NCBI GenBank assembly: GCA_025356665.1
Contig: JANXRV010000094.1
Location: forward strand, 6,265-70,264
DNA: 64,000 nt
From: Pseudomonadota bacterium
Lineage (GTDB): Bacteria; Pseudomonadota; Gammaproteobacteria; Burkholderiales; SG8-39
Reading direction: 5' to 3'
Numbering within the stretch: the first letter of the stretch is position 1; the number at the start of each line of letters is the position of its first letter. A program made the translations under genes and the position numbers. Of the stretch, positions 39,169-50,916 are shown one piece after another. The notes beneath the pieces are model-generated. The model was not told the DNA's origin. It did no database searches and saw nothing but the letters and a program-made list of their open reading frames with translations.

Positions 39169-40554
39169 GTGTCGGCATTTGGCAATCCATTCAATTCCAA
39201 AGTGCGCCTCGGCGCATCCGCCTGCACTTGCGGCCGGCATGCGAGCCAGTCTGAGCACGAGTTCGAGGCACCGGCGATCGACGAGCCGCAATCAAACGAC
39301 ATCGACACGCTCAACCACCGGGTGATCGAATCAGCGTTGATGCGCGCGCTCTTTCCGCAGGACGCCACCCGTCGGCGTTTTCTCGAGGCCGTCGGCTCGT
39401 CGACCGCAATGGCCGCGATCGCCAGCGTACTGCCGATAGGCGCGCTCTCGGCCATGGCTCAGGACAAGGGGCCTCTGGAAAAAAAGGACCTCAAGATCGG
39501 CTTTATCGCCATCACTTGCGCCACGCCACTGATCATGGCCGATCCGCTGGGCTTCTACAAAAAGGAAGGCCTCAACATCCAATTGATGAAAACGGCCGGC
39601 TGGGCGTTGATTCGCGACAAAATGCTCAACAAGGAGCATGACGCCAGCCACTTTCTTTCGCCCATGCCGCTTGCCATCTCGATGGGGCTGGGCTCCTCGG
39701 CGCAAGCTATGAGCATCGCAACCATCCAGAACGTCAACGGACAAGCGATCACGCTGCACAACAAGCACAAGGACAAGCGCGACCCCAAGCAGTGGAAGGG
39801 CTTCAAGTTCGCCGTGCCCTTCGAATACTCGATGCACAACTTCCTGTTGCGCTATTACGTCGCCGAACACGGCCTCGATCCGGATACCGACATCCAGATC
39901 CGCGTGACGCCGCCGCCGGAGATGGTGGCCAACCTGCGCGCCGGAAACATTGACGGCTTTCTTGGACCCGATCCCTTCAACCAGCGCGCCGTGTACGACG
40001 AGGTGGGCTTCATCCACATGCTTTCCAAGGAACTGTGGGATGGCCATCCCTGCTGCGCCTTCGGGACATCGGAAGCCTTTATCAAGGAAAATCCCAACAC
40101 CTTCGCCGCCCTCTACCGCGCCGTGCTCACCGCCGCCGCCATGGCGCGCGAACCGCGCAACCGCTCGCTCATCGCCAAGGTCATCGCACCGCCGAACTAC
40201 CTCAACCAGCCCGAGACGGTGATCGAGCAGGTGCTCACCGGAAAATTCGCCGACGGCCTGGGCAACATCAAGAATGTGCCCGACCGCGCCGACTTCGACC
40301 CCTTCCCGTGGCAATCGATGGCAGTGTGGATGCTGACGCAGATGAAGCGCTGGGGCTACGTCAAGGGCGATGTCAATTACAAGGCCATTGCCGAAAAGGT
40401 CTTTCTTGCCACCGACGCAAGAAAACGCATGGCCGAGCTGGGCCAAAAGGCGCCGGCCACCAGTTACGCCAAGTTCAAGGTCATGGGCAAGGAATTTGAT
40501 CCGGCGTCCCCGGACAAGTACCTGGCAAGCTTCGCCATCAAGAAATCCGCCTGA
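39169..40554 (+). CDS. cynA: NrtA/CynA-family ABC transporter substrate-binding protein (cyanate/nitrate type)
   Basis: The GTG at 39169 is preceded by GAGGAG. The protein has a Tat motif (TRRRFLEAVGSSTAMAA) and an NrtA-like body. The gene is followed by a permease, an ATPase and cyanase. Alternative starts are 39136 (track) and 39340. Confidence 0.75.
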   Translation: MSAFGNPFNSKVRLGASACTCGRHASQSEHEFEAPAIDEPQSNDIDTLNHRVIESALMRALFPQDATRRRFLEAVGSSTAMAAIASVLPIGALSAMAQDKGPLEKKDLKIGFIAITCATPLIMADPLGFYKKEGLNIQLMKTAGWALIRDKMLNKEHDASHFLSPMPLAISMGLGSSAQAMSIATIQNVNGQAITLHNKHKDKRDPKQWKGFKFAVPFEYSMHNFLLRYYVAEHGLDPDTDIQIRVTPPPEMVANLRAGNIDGFLGPDPFNQRAVYDEVGFIHMLSKELWDGHPCCAFGTSEAFIKENPNTFAALYRAVLTAAAMAREPRNRSLIAKVIAPPNYLNQPETVIEQVLTGKFADGLGNIKNVPDRADFDPFPWQSMAVWMLTQMKRWGYVKGDVNYKAIAEKVFLATDARKRMAELGQKAPATSYAKFKVMGKEFDPASPDKYLASFAIKKSA

Positions 40555-40571
40555 AGCGCGCGCCCTAGCCG

Positions 40572-41408
40572 ATGTTCTCGTCCACCGCTTTCAAGGCAGC
40601 GCTGCTGTCGCTGCTGTTCCTCGTCATCCTGCTCGGCGCATGGCATCTCGCGACGCTGCCCAAGGCGGAGGCGCAAGGCGCCAACGACGAATACGCCAAG
40701 CTGATGGGCAAGGGCGCGAAAAAATCCGATGGGTTCCCCACACCGGCGCAATTTGGCGATGCCATCGCCAGGAACCTCGCCGAACCGTTTTACGACCGCG
40801 GCAGCAACGACAAGGGCATAGGCATCCAGCTGGGCCACTCGCTCGCCCGCGTCGGACTTGGCTACCTGCTCGCCATGCTGCTGGCGATTCCGCTTGGCTT
40901 TGTCATCGGCATGTCGCCGCTGATTTATCGCGCACTCGATCCGTTCATCCAGATCCTCAAGCCCATATCCCCGCTGGCCTGGATGCCGATCGCGCTCTAC
41001 ACCATCAAGGACTCCTCCTTGTCGGGGATATTCGTCATATTCATCTGTTCGGTCTGGCCGATGCTGATCAACACCGCCTACGGCGTCGCCGCAGTAAGGC
41101 GCGAATGGCTCAACGTCGCCAAGACGCTGGAAGTGCGGCCATTGCGCAAGGCCTTCCTCGTCATCCTGCCCGCCGCCGCGCCGACGATTCTCACCGGCAT
41201 GCGTATTTCCATGGGCATCGCCTGGCTGGTGATCGTCGCCGCCGAAATGCTGGTCGGCGGCACCGGCATCGGCTACTTTGTCTGGAATGAATGGAACAAC
41301 CTCAATCTCACCAACGTGATGTTTGCCATCCTGGTGATCGGCGTTGTCGGCATGGCGCTCGACCTGGCCATCGGCCGGCTGCAAAAATTCGTCACCTACG
41401 TCGATTAA
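40572..41408 (+). CDS. cynB: NrtB/CynB-type ABC transporter permease
   Basis: 278-aa membrane protein of the binding-protein-dependent permease fold (region with [30 protein letters not shown]). Confidence 0.8.
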   Translation: MFSSTAFKAALLSLLFLVILLGAWHLATLPKAEAQGANDEYAKLMGKGAKKSDGFPTPAQFGDAIARNLAEPFYDRGSNDKGIGIQLGHSLARVGLGYLLAMLLAIPLGFVIGMSPLIYRALDPFIQILKPISPLAWMPIALYTIKDSSLSGIFVIFICSVWPMLINTAYGVAAVRREWLNVAKTLEVRPLRKAFLVILPAAAPTILTGMRISMGIAWLVIVAAEMLVGGTGIGYFVWNEWNNLNLTNVMFAILVIGVVGMALDLAIGRLQKFVTYVD

Positions 41409-41418
41409 GAACGGACCC

Positions 41419-42333
41419 GTGGCCTTTCTCGAAATCCAGGACTTGAAAAAAACCTATCCGACTGCGGATGGCAAGGGCGTCACCGTGTTCGAGAACGTCA
41501 ACTTCAACATCGAAAAGGGCGAGTTCGTCTGCATCATCGGCCATTCGGGCTGCGGCAAGACCACCATACTCAACGTCCTCGCCGGCCTCGACCAGGCCAG
41601 CGACGGCGTGGTGGTGATGGACGACCGCGAGGTGTCCGGTCCATCACTGGAACGCGGCGTGGTCTTCCAGGGCCACGCGCTGATGCCCTGGCTGTCGGTG
41701 ATGAAGAACATCGCCTTCGCCGTAAAGAGCAAATGGCCCGAATGGAACGCCATACAGGTGCAGACACATTGCCAGAAGTTCATAGAAATGGTCGGGCTCA
41801 CCGGCGCCGAACACAAGAAACCGTCGGAACTTTCAGGCGGCATGAAGCAGCGTGTCGGCATCGCCCGCGCCTTCGCCATCCAGCCCAAAATGCTACTGCT
41901 TGACGAGCCCTTCGGGGCGCTTGACGCGCTGACGCGCGGCACCATCCAGGATGAGCTGCTGCGCATCGTCCAGGCCACCCACCAGACGGTGTTCATGATC
42001 ACGCACGATGTCGACGAGTCGATTCTGCTCGCCGACAAGATCATGCTCATGTCCAACGGCCCTCGCGCCGCGATTGCGGAAATCGTCGAGAACACCATGC
42101 CGCGCGACCGCACGCGCACCGACATGCACCACAACCCGCAGTACTACAAAATCCGCAACCATCTGGTCGATTTTCTCATCAACCGCTCAAAGCAATTTCA
42201 GAGCGGCTCGATCCAGAAGGGCGAAACCCAGCGCCCGTCACAACCGCTGGTCGTGCGACCAGGACTGGCCGCGGATGACACACCCGATGCGGGGGCCCGA
42301 CTCGCAGACAACGTGGTCAAGCTCAGACACTGA
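41419..42333 (+). CDS. cynD: NrtD/CynD-type ABC transporter ATP-binding protein
   Basis: The GTG at 41419 gives [13 protein letters not shown]... Walker [10 protein letters not shown], signature LSGGMKQRV and Walker [12 protein letters not shown] are present. The track start at 41344 overlaps cynB. Confidence 0.8.
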   Translation: MAFLEIQDLKKTYPTADGKGVTVFENVNFNIEKGEFVCIIGHSGCGKTTILNVLAGLDQASDGVVVMDDREVSGPSLERGVVFQGHALMPWLSVMKNIAFAVKSKWPEWNAIQVQTHCQKFIEMVGLTGAEHKKPSELSGGMKQRVGIARAFAIQPKMLLLDEPFGALDALTRGTIQDELLRIVQATHQTVFMITHDVDESILLADKIMLMSNGPRAAIAEIVENTMPRDRTRTDMHHNPQYYKIRNHLVDFLINRSKQFQSGSIQKGETQRPSQPLVVRPGLAADDTPDAGARLADNVVKLRH

Positions 42334-42356
42334 CATCACATTTAAAGGAGAACACA

Positions 42357-42830
42357 ATGAAAAAATCCACCAGCCTGATGAAACCGATGAAACGCGGGGA
42401 CATCACCGACCTCATCGCCTTTCGCAAGGTCACCCTGGGCATCAAATGGGCCGCCGTGGCCAAAAAAGTCGGCCAAAGCAAGGAATGGGTCACCGCCGCC
42501 TGCCTCGGCCAGATGCAAATGACCCAGAAACAGGCCGAAACGGTGGGCAAGATTTTCGACCTGCCCGAAGAGGCCGTGCTTATACTGCAGACAGTCCCCT
42601 ACAAGGGTTCCCTGCCCACGGCTGTGCCGACCGACCCGCTGATTTACCGCTGGTACGAAATCGTCAGTGTCTACGGCACCACCATCAAGGAACTGATTCA
42701 CGAGGAGTTCGGCGACGGCATCATGAGCGCGATCGACTTTTCCATGGACATACAGCGCCAGCCCGATCCGAAAGGAGACCGGGTGCATGTCGAACTGTCG
42801 GGCAAGTTCCTGCCTTACAAGACGTATTGA
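42357..42830 (+). CDS. cynS: Cyanate hydratase (cyanase)
   Basis: 157 aa. The C-terminal half PTDPLIYRWYEIVSVYGTTIKELIHEEFGDGIMSAIDF...GKFLPYK closely parallels the E. coli CynS sequence [38 protein letters not shown]. Confidence 0.9.
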   Translation: MKKSTSLMKPMKRGDITDLIAFRKVTLGIKWAAVAKKVGQSKEWVTAACLGQMQMTQKQAETVGKIFDLPEEAVLILQTVPYKGSLPTAVPTDPLIYRWYEIVSVYGTTIKELIHEEFGDGIMSAIDFSMDIQRQPDPKGDRVHVELSGKFLPYKTY

Positions 42831-42960
42831 AGCCGGACGCGGCTTGCCCGCGCCGGTTTAATTCCGCACGAATGGGTGGACAGCCTTCGGGCCACTGCTC
42901 ATCGCGCGGTGATTGCATGCCACAAATGCTGTTTTCTCATCATTCTTTCCCGGAGGCTTT

Positions 42961-44067
42961 ATGAATCGCAGAAAATTCCTGACCCAAGCGGGCGCCGGCG
43001 TTGTTACAGCCACGGCCGCAGCGCAAGCCGTCGCCCAAACACCAGGCTTGCCCGAGGTACGCTGGCGCTGCGCTTCGAGCTTTCCCAAAAGCCTCGATAC
43101 CATTTACGGCGGCGGCGAGACTATCGCCAAGCGCGTTGCTGCCATCACCGGCGGCAAGTTCCAGATCCGCGTGTTCGGTGCGGGCGAGATCGTGCCGGCC
43201 TTCGGCACGGTCGACGCGGTGCAGCAGGGCACGGTCGAGTGCACGCATACGGCGAGTTATTACTTCGTCGGCAAGAACAAGACCTTTGCCTTTGACACCA
43301 CGCTGCCCTTCGGCATGAACCAGCGCCAGCAAAACGCCTGGATCTACTACGGCGGCGGACTGGAACTGGTGCGCGAATTCTTCCGCGAGTTCAACATCAT
43401 TTCCTTCCCGGCCGGCAACACCGGCTGCCAGATGGGCGGTTGGTTCAGGAAGGAAGTGAAGACCGTCAAGGACCTGAAAGGCATCAAGATGCGCATCGCC
43501 GGACTGGGCGGCGAGGTCATGGCCCGCCTGGGAGCGGTTCCGCAGCAGCTGCCCGGCGGCGACATTTACCCGGCGCTTGAGCGCGGCACCATCGACGCCG
43601 CTGAATGGGTCGGGCCTTACGACGACGAGAAACTCGGCTTCTACAAAATCGCCCCGCATTACTACTACCCCGGGTGGTGGGAAGCCGACTCGATGTATTC
43701 CCTGTTCGTCAACACCAAGGAATGGGAAAAGCTGCCCAAGGAATACCAGGCCGCCATCGAGGCCGCCTCCTACGAAGCCAATACCGACATGATGGCCAAG
43801 TACGACTTCCAGAATCCGCAGGCACTGCTGCGGCTTGTCAAGAACGGCGTCAAGCTGCACGCCTTTTCGCCCGAAATCATGAAAGCGGCACACAAGGCCT
43901 CATTTGAACTCTATGAGGAAGAGGCCGTCAAGAACCCATCGTGGAAAAAGATCTACGAACCGTGGAAGAAATTCCGCCAGGACGAATTCCTCTGGCACCG
44001 GGTGGCCGAACAGACGCTTAATACCTTCCTGCTTAACAACCCGGATCCGATTCCAGGCAAGAAATAG
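42961..44067 (+). CDS. TRAP transporter substrate-binding protein (DctP/TakP-like, Tat signal)
   Basis: The ATG at 42961 gives MNRRKFLTQAGAGVVTATAAAQAVAQ, preceded by CGGAGG. About 368 aa. It converges on the DctM/DctQ genes. Confidence 0.85.
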   Translation: MNRRKFLTQAGAGVVTATAAAQAVAQTPGLPEVRWRCASSFPKSLDTIYGGGETIAKRVAAITGGKFQIRVFGAGEIVPAFGTVDAVQQGTVECTHTASYYFVGKNKTFAFDTTLPFGMNQRQQNAWIYYGGGLELVREFFREFNIISFPAGNTGCQMGGWFRKEVKTVKDLKGIKMRIAGLGGEVMARLGAVPQQLPGGDIYPALERGTIDAAEWVGPYDDEKLGFYKIAPHYYYPGWWEADSMYSLFVNTKEWEKLPKEYQAAIEAASYEANTDMMAKYDFQNPQALLRLVKNGVKLHAFSPEIMKAAHKASFELYEEEAVKNPSWKKIYEPWKKFRQDEFLWHRVAEQTLNTFLLNNPDPIPGKK

Positions 44068-44081
44068 CCGGTGCGGGTGAT

Positions 44082-44109
44082 AAAAAGGCCCCGTAATCGG
44101 GGCCTTTTT
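44082..44109. terminator. Bidirectional Rho-independent terminator
   Basis: The sequence aaaaaggccccg-taat-cggggccttttt gives a 12-bp stem including A/T runs. It lies between the convergent genes ending at 44067 and 44130. Confidence 0.65.
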
Positions 44110-44129
44110 ATTTAGCATGTTTCCCGGAG

Positions 44130-45628
<1,499 letters not shown>

Positions 45629-45629
<1 letters not shown>

Positions 45630-46168
45630 TACAACGCCTCCTTCTTGTGTTCAGCCGGATTGGGAATCAGGCCTTGCAAAAAAGCCGCGCGCTTGATGAT
45701 CTCGGACACGCCCTGCAGCGCCAGCATGCTGAACGCGACAGGAATAAGCAGCCGCACCGGCCAGCGAATCAGGCCGCCATTATCTGAGGACATTTCACTG
45801 ATTTGGAACGAATTGACCAGCGTCGGCCAGCTGTACCAGATGATGATTAACACCATAGGCAACAGGGCGAACAGGCTGCCGACAATGTCGATCCATGCCT
45901 GGACCCGCGGCGACAAGCGCCCGGCGATGACGTCGATGCGCACATGATCATTGCGCTTTAGCGCGTAGGCGGCCACCAGCAGAAACATCGCCGAATTGAG
46001 ATACCACTGGATCTCCAGCCAGCCGTTGGAACTCAGATTGACGGTATAGCGCACCAGGGCGTTGGCGGTGCAAATGACCACTGCAGCAAGAATCAGCCAG
46101 GCCGAGGCCTTGCCGATACGCTCGTTGACAAGATCGATAAAACGCGAAAAGCGCAGAAGTGAGGACAT
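45629..46168 (-). CDS. TRAP transporter small permease (DctQ-type)
   Basis: 179 aa with four predicted helices. It is immediately upstream of, and overlaps, the DctM-type gene. Confidence 0.8.
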
Positions 46169-46282
46169 GGATGGCAGACCAGGTTAAGGGCAACAAATCA
46201 TGCTTGAAGCTTAAGCAATCAGCATGCCGATCATACCCGTTTCCCTGTCAGTAAAACCCAACTAAGTGGGGAGTGCACACCT

Positions 46283-46315
46283 GCTGAAAAGGCGCGCCAA
46301 TCGGGCATTTCCAGC
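46283..46315. repeat. REP-like imperfect palindromic element, copy C
   Basis: GCTGAAAAGGCGCGCCAATCGGGCATTTCCAGC followed by TTATC. It shares TTTCCAGCTTATC with copy A. Confidence 0.4.
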
Positions 46316-46369
46316 TTATCCACTGCATCTGCCTTACAATTCCGGATCCCTCCTACTGTTGGCGTCATC

Positions 46370-47971
46370 ATGATCAATTCAATCCGCGGTACCCGTGGCA
46401 TGGCCGTCGCACCCCATGCCCTCGCCAGCCAGTCCGCCCTCGCCGTGCTGCGCGAAGGCGGCAATGCCATCGAGGCCATGATCAGCGCTGCCGCGACAAT
46501 CGCAGTGGTCTATCCGCACATGAACTCGATTGGCGGCGACAGCTTCTGGTTACTGTCGACGCCGGGCAAGGCACCGGGCGCCATCGATGCCTGCGGCGCC
46601 GCCGCGCAGGCCGCCTCCATCGACTGGTACCGCGAGCGCCAAGTCACTACCAGCATCCCGTTTCGCGGCGGCATCGCCGCCAACACTGTGGCGGGCACCA
46701 TTTCGGGCTGGGGCGCGGCGCACACGCTGTCGAGCGAATCCCTCAATGGCCGCATGCCGCTGTCGCGCCTGCTCGAGGATGCGATTCACTACGCCGAAAA
46801 CGGCATACCGGTGACGCGCAGCCAGATGATGAACACCACGGGCAAGAAAGCCGAACTACTGCCGCAACCGGGCTTCGCCGAAACCTTCCTCGTCGATGGC
46901 AAGGTTCCGGCCACCGGCAGCCTGTTTGTGCAAAAGCGCATCGGCGCCACCTTGCGGCGCATCGCCGAGGCCGGCACCGATGACTACTACCGCGGCGAAC
47001 TGGCGCATTCCATCGCCGCCGACCTCAAACGCGCCGGCAGCCCGATCGCACTGGCTGACCTGAAAAACCACCGGGCCGGCCTGCGCGACCCCATGCATCT
47101 CGCCCACTCCGCCGGGGACGTCTACAACATGACGCCACCGACACAGGGCGTGATCTCGCTGCTGATCCTGGGCATCATGGACGAGCTGGGCGTGCATCGC
47201 GTCGATGCCGCGGGCGCCGATTACGTCCACCTTTGCGTCGAGGCCACTAAACAGGCCTTTCGGGTGCGCGACCAATACGTAACCGACCCGGCCTTCATGT
47301 CCGTCGACCCGCGCGAGCTGCTGCAGCCCGGACACATCCGTGAACTGGCGGCCAAGGTCGACCGCAACCGCGCCGCGCCCTGGGGCGCGGGCAAAGGCCC
47401 GGGCGACACGGTCTGGATGGGCGTCATCGACGGCGAGGGCCGTATGGTGTCGTTTATCCAGAGCATTTATCACGAGTTCGGTTCAGGCGTGGTGCTCAAG
47501 GAGTCGGGCATCAACTGGCAGAACCGTGGCTGCAGTTTCGCGCTCGATCCGGCCAAGCTCAACAGCCTGCGCCCCGGGCGCAAACCCTTTCACACCCTCA
47601 ACCCGGCGATGGCCCGCCTCAAGGACGGCCGCAGCATGGTCTACGGCACGATGGGGGGTGACGGCCAGCCGCAAACCCAGTCGGCGCTATTCAGCCGCAT
47701 CGTCGGCTTCGGCATGGCGCCGCAGCAGGCGGTCAGCGCGCCGCGCTGGCTGCTTGGACGCACCTGGGGGCAGGTGAGTGAGACGCTCAAACTCGAATCG
47801 CGCTTTCCCGCCGAGCTCATCGCCAAACTCAGCGCCATGGGCCACGACACCGAAGTACTGGGCGAGTACGATGAAACCGTTGGTCACGCCGGCGCCATCG
47901 TGCGCCATCCCAACGGCGTGCTCGAGGGCGGCGCCGATCCGCGCAGCGACGGCAGTGTGGCGGCCTTCTAG
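46370..47971 (+). CDS. Gamma-glutamyltransferase-family (Ntn hydrolase) protein with no obvious signal peptide
   Basis: GGT-like N-terminus (GMAVAPHALASQSALAVLREGGNAIEA) and an autoprocessing-type Thr region (GDTVWMGVIDGEG). 533 aa. Confidence 0.85.
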   Translation: MINSIRGTRGMAVAPHALASQSALAVLREGGNAIEAMISAAATIAVVYPHMNSIGGDSFWLLSTPGKAPGAIDACGAAAQAASIDWYRERQVTTSIPFRGGIAANTVAGTISGWGAAHTLSSESLNGRMPLSRLLEDAIHYAENGIPVTRSQMMNTTGKKAELLPQPGFAETFLVDGKVPATGSLFVQKRIGATLRRIAEAGTDDYYRGELAHSIAADLKRAGSPIALADLKNHRAGLRDPMHLAHSAGDVYNMTPPTQGVISLLILGIMDELGVHRVDAAGADYVHLCVEATKQAFRVRDQYVTDPAFMSVDPRELLQPGHIRELAAKVDRNRAAPWGAGKGPGDTVWMGVIDGEGRMVSFIQSIYHEFGSGVVLKESGINWQNRGCSFALDPAKLNSLRPGRKPFHTLNPAMARLKDGRSMVYGTMGGDGQPQTQSALFSRIVGFGMAPQQAVSAPRWLLGRTWGQVSETLKLESRFPAELIAKLSAMGHDTEVLGEYDETVGHAGAIVRHPNGVLEGGADPRSDGSVAAF

Positions 47972-48033
47972 CTGGGCGGCCGGCGCTGCGCCTCCTGCGC
48001 GAAACGGCGCCGGAAGAGTACACTCGCCGAGTC

Positions 48034-50847
48034 ATGGACGAGACCACCCGCATCCTGATCGACGCCGACAAAGTGCTTGCGGTGGTTACCGCCGTGGCCA
48101 AAGAAGCGCGTCCGCACGTCGCGCTGCACGCCACGCTCGACAGCTCGCTGGAAAAAGAACTGGGGCTCGATAGCCTGGCGCGCGTCGAGCTGGTGCTGCG
48201 CCTGGAAAAGGAGTTCGGCGCCAGCCTGCCCGAACAGGCGCTGGCAAGCAGCGAATCAGCGCGCGACCTACTTCGCTTCCTGTTCGCCTCGGTCGGCCAT
48301 GCGCCGCGCGCCGCCGACACCCGTGTCGCCAGCCTGGTGCAGGAGGGCGGCGTGCGCCCGCCCTCGGAGACGCAGGCGCGCACCCTGGTCGAGGCGCTGG
48401 AGTACCACGTCGAGCACCAGCCCGACCGCCTGACGGTGTTCATGTACGAGGAGCGCGAGGAGTTCCCGCTCAGCTACCGCGCGCTCTGGGACGGCGCCGC
48501 CGGCTATGCCGCGCGGCTCGCCGACGCCGGCCTGCGGCCGGGACAAATGGCGGCGATCATGCTGCCCACCTGCAAGGAGTACCTCTACGCCTTTTACGGC
48601 GTGCTGCTGGCCGGCGGCGTGCCGGTTCCGCTGTACCCGCCGGCGCGGCTGACGACCATCGAAGACCACATGAAGCGCCACGTCGGCATACTGCAAAGCG
48701 CCGGCGCGGTGATGATGATCACCATTGCCGAGGCGCGGCCGCTCGCCTACCTGTTGCGCGCCCAGGTCGACTCGCTGCAAAAGGTGCTGGTGCCGGCCGA
48801 CCTCGCCGGCCCGCCTGACGCCAACTTCATTGCCGCGCGCGGCAAGCCCGGCGACACCGGCTTTTTGCAATACACCTCGGGTAGCACCGGCAATCCCAAG
48901 GGTGTGGTGCTGTCGCACGCCAACCTCATGGCCAACGTGCGCGCCATGGGCGCGGCGGTCAATACCAACCGCGAGGACGTGTTCGTCAGCTGGCTGCCGC
49001 TCTACCACGACCTCGGCCTGATCGGCGCCAACTTCGCCTCGCTGGTGCTGGGCTTCCCGACGGTGCTGATGTCCCCGCTCGCCTTCCTGTCGCGGCCCTC
49101 GAGCTGGATGCGCGCCATCCACCGCCACCGCGGCACCCTCTCCGGCGGGCCGAATTTTTCGTTCGAGCTGTGCCTGCGCCGTATTCCAGACGAGGAAATG
49201 CAGGGCATAGACTTGTCGAGCTGGCGCTTTGCCTTTAACGCCGCCGAGCCGGTGAGCCCGGACACCATCGTCGCCTTCGAAAAACACTTTGGCCGCTACG
49301 GCCTGCGCAAGAACTGCCTGTCGCCCTCGTATGGCCTCGCAGAATCCTCGGTCGGCGTGGCGATCACCACGCCGGGCACGCCCTGGCGCGCCGACCGCCT
49401 CGACCGCGAGCGCTTCACGCGCAGCGGCGAGGCGGTGCCGGCGCCCCCCGACGACGCGTCGCCGCTGCGGGTGATCGGTTGCGGTACGCCGATTCCCGGC
49501 CATGACCTGCGCGTGGTTGATGCGGCGGGCCTCGAGCTGCCCGACCGCCAGGAGGGGCAACTGCAGTTTCGCGGCCCCTCCTCCACCTCGGGCTATTACC
49601 GCAACCCGCAGGCGACGCGCACCCTGTTCGACGGTGACTGGGTCAACACCGGCGACCGCGCCTACCTGTCGGACGGCATCCTGTTTATCACCGGGCGCGA
49701 GAAAGACATCATTATCCGTGGCGGCCGCAACATCAGTCCCTATGAGCTCGAGCAAGCGGTGAGCGACCTCGCCGGCATCCGCCGCGGCTGCGTCGCGGTG
49801 TTCGGCAGCAACGACCCTGCCGCCGGCACCGAACGCGTGGTGGTGCTGGCAGAAATGCGCGACAAGGACAGCACCCGCCACGATGACTTGAAGCGCATGA
49901 TCAACGAGCTCGCGCTGCGCCTGATCGGTGCGCCGGCCGATGACATCGTGCTCGCACCCGCCGGTACCGTGCCCAAGACCTCAAGCGGCAAAATCCGCCG
50001 CGTCGCGGCGCGTGAATTCTACGAGCGCGGCCCCACCGCGGTGAAACGCCACGCGGTATGGCTGCAGTTCGCGCGCCTGCTGCTCGCCGGCGCCGCGCCG
50101 CAACTGCGCCGCGGACTGCGCGCCTTCGGCGGTGTGTTGTTCGCGCTGCGCGCCTACCTGGCGCTCGCCGCGCTGCTGCCGCTGGCGTTTTTCGCCGCGC
50201 TGCTGCTGCCGGTGAAACCGTGCTGGAACACCGGCCGCATGGTGGCCAGGCTGTTCCTGAAATTTTCCGGTATCGCGGTCGCGGTGCGCGGCCTCGAGCA
50301 CCTGCACGCGGGCAAGACCGTCGCCCTTGCGGTCAATCACACCAGCTACCTTGACGCGCTGGTGCTGTTGTCCATACTGGAATACCGTGGCTACGCCTTT
50401 GTCGCCAAACGCGAGTTCGAAAGCAATATGCTCATGCGCACTCTGCTCGAGGGCTTTGGCACGCACTTTGTCGAGCGCTTCGACGTCGCCAAAAGCGCGG
50501 AACACGCCGGCGACCTGACCACCGCCGCCAAGCGCGGCGTCTCGCTGATCGTGTTTCCCGAGGGCACGCTGGTGCGCAATTCAGGACTCATGGCGTTTCG
50601 CACCGGCGCTTTCCAGGCCGTGGCCGAGGCCGGCATCGCGGTGGTGCCGGTCGCGCTGCGCGGCCTGCGCTCGGTGCTGCGCGACGGCACCTGGTACCTG
50701 CGCCGCGCCCCGGTGACCGTGACCATAGGCGCGCCGCTCCTGCCCGAGGGCAGCGACTGGGCCGCGGCGGTGAAGCTGCGCGACGCGGTGCGCGCCGAAA
50801 TCCTCAAGTCCTGCGGCGAACCCGACCTTGCCGGGGGCAAACACTAG
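48034..50847 (+). CDS. Tri-domain fusion: phosphopantetheine carrier domain, fatty-acyl-AMP ligase, TM segment and PlsC-type acyltransferase
   Basis: Carrier motif LGLDSLARVEL. Adenylation motifs LQYTSGSTGNPKGVVLSH, WLPLYHDLGLI, TGDRAY, GREKDIIIRGGRNISP and PKTSSGKIRR. A hydrophobic stretch follows at ~aa 690-740. LPLAT motifs are NHTSYLDALV (HX4D) and FPEGT. Confidence 0.8.
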   Translation: MDETTRILIDADKVLAVVTAVAKEARPHVALHATLDSSLEKELGLDSLARVELVLRLEKEFGASLPEQALASSESARDLLRFLFASVGHAPRAADTRVASLVQEGGVRPPSETQARTLVEALEYHVEHQPDRLTVFMYEEREEFPLSYRALWDGAAGYAARLADAGLRPGQMAAIMLPTCKEYLYAFYGVLLAGGVPVPLYPPARLTTIEDHMKRHVGILQSAGAVMMITIAEARPLAYLLRAQVDSLQKVLVPADLAGPPDANFIAARGKPGDTGFLQYTSGSTGNPKGVVLSHANLMANVRAMGAAVNTNREDVFVSWLPLYHDLGLIGANFASLVLGFPTVLMSPLAFLSRPSSWMRAIHRHRGTLSGGPNFSFELCLRRIPDEEMQGIDLSSWRFAFNAAEPVSPDTIVAFEKHFGRYGLRKNCLSPSYGLAESSVGVAITTPGTPWRADRLDRERFTRSGEAVPAPPDDASPLRVIGCGTPIPGHDLRVVDAAGLELPDRQEGQLQFRGPSSTSGYYRNPQATRTLFDGDWVNTGDRAYLSDGILFITGREKDIIIRGGRNISPYELEQAVSDLAGIRRGCVAVFGSNDPAAGTERVVVLAEMRDKDSTRHDDLKRMINELALRLIGAPADDIVLAPAGTVPKTSSGKIRRVAAREFYERGPTAVKRHAVWLQFARLLLAGAAPQLRRGLRAFGGVLFALRAYLALAALLPLAFFAALLLPVKPCWNTGRMVARLFLKFSGIAVAVRGLEHLHAGKTVALAVNHTSYLDALVLLSILEYRGYAFVAKREFESNMLMRTLLEGFGTHFVERFDVAKSAEHAGDLTTAAKRGVSLIVFPEGTLVRNSGLMAFRTGAFQAVAEAGIAVVPVALRGLRSVLRDGTWYLRRAPVTVTIGAPLLPEGSDWAAAVKLRDAVRAEILKSCGEPDLAGGKH

Positions 50848-50916
50848 GCCGGTACAACGCGCAACCGGCATAGCGATGCATTCAGGCCTGCGCGATATCC
50901 CGGCAAGTGCGGTTGC

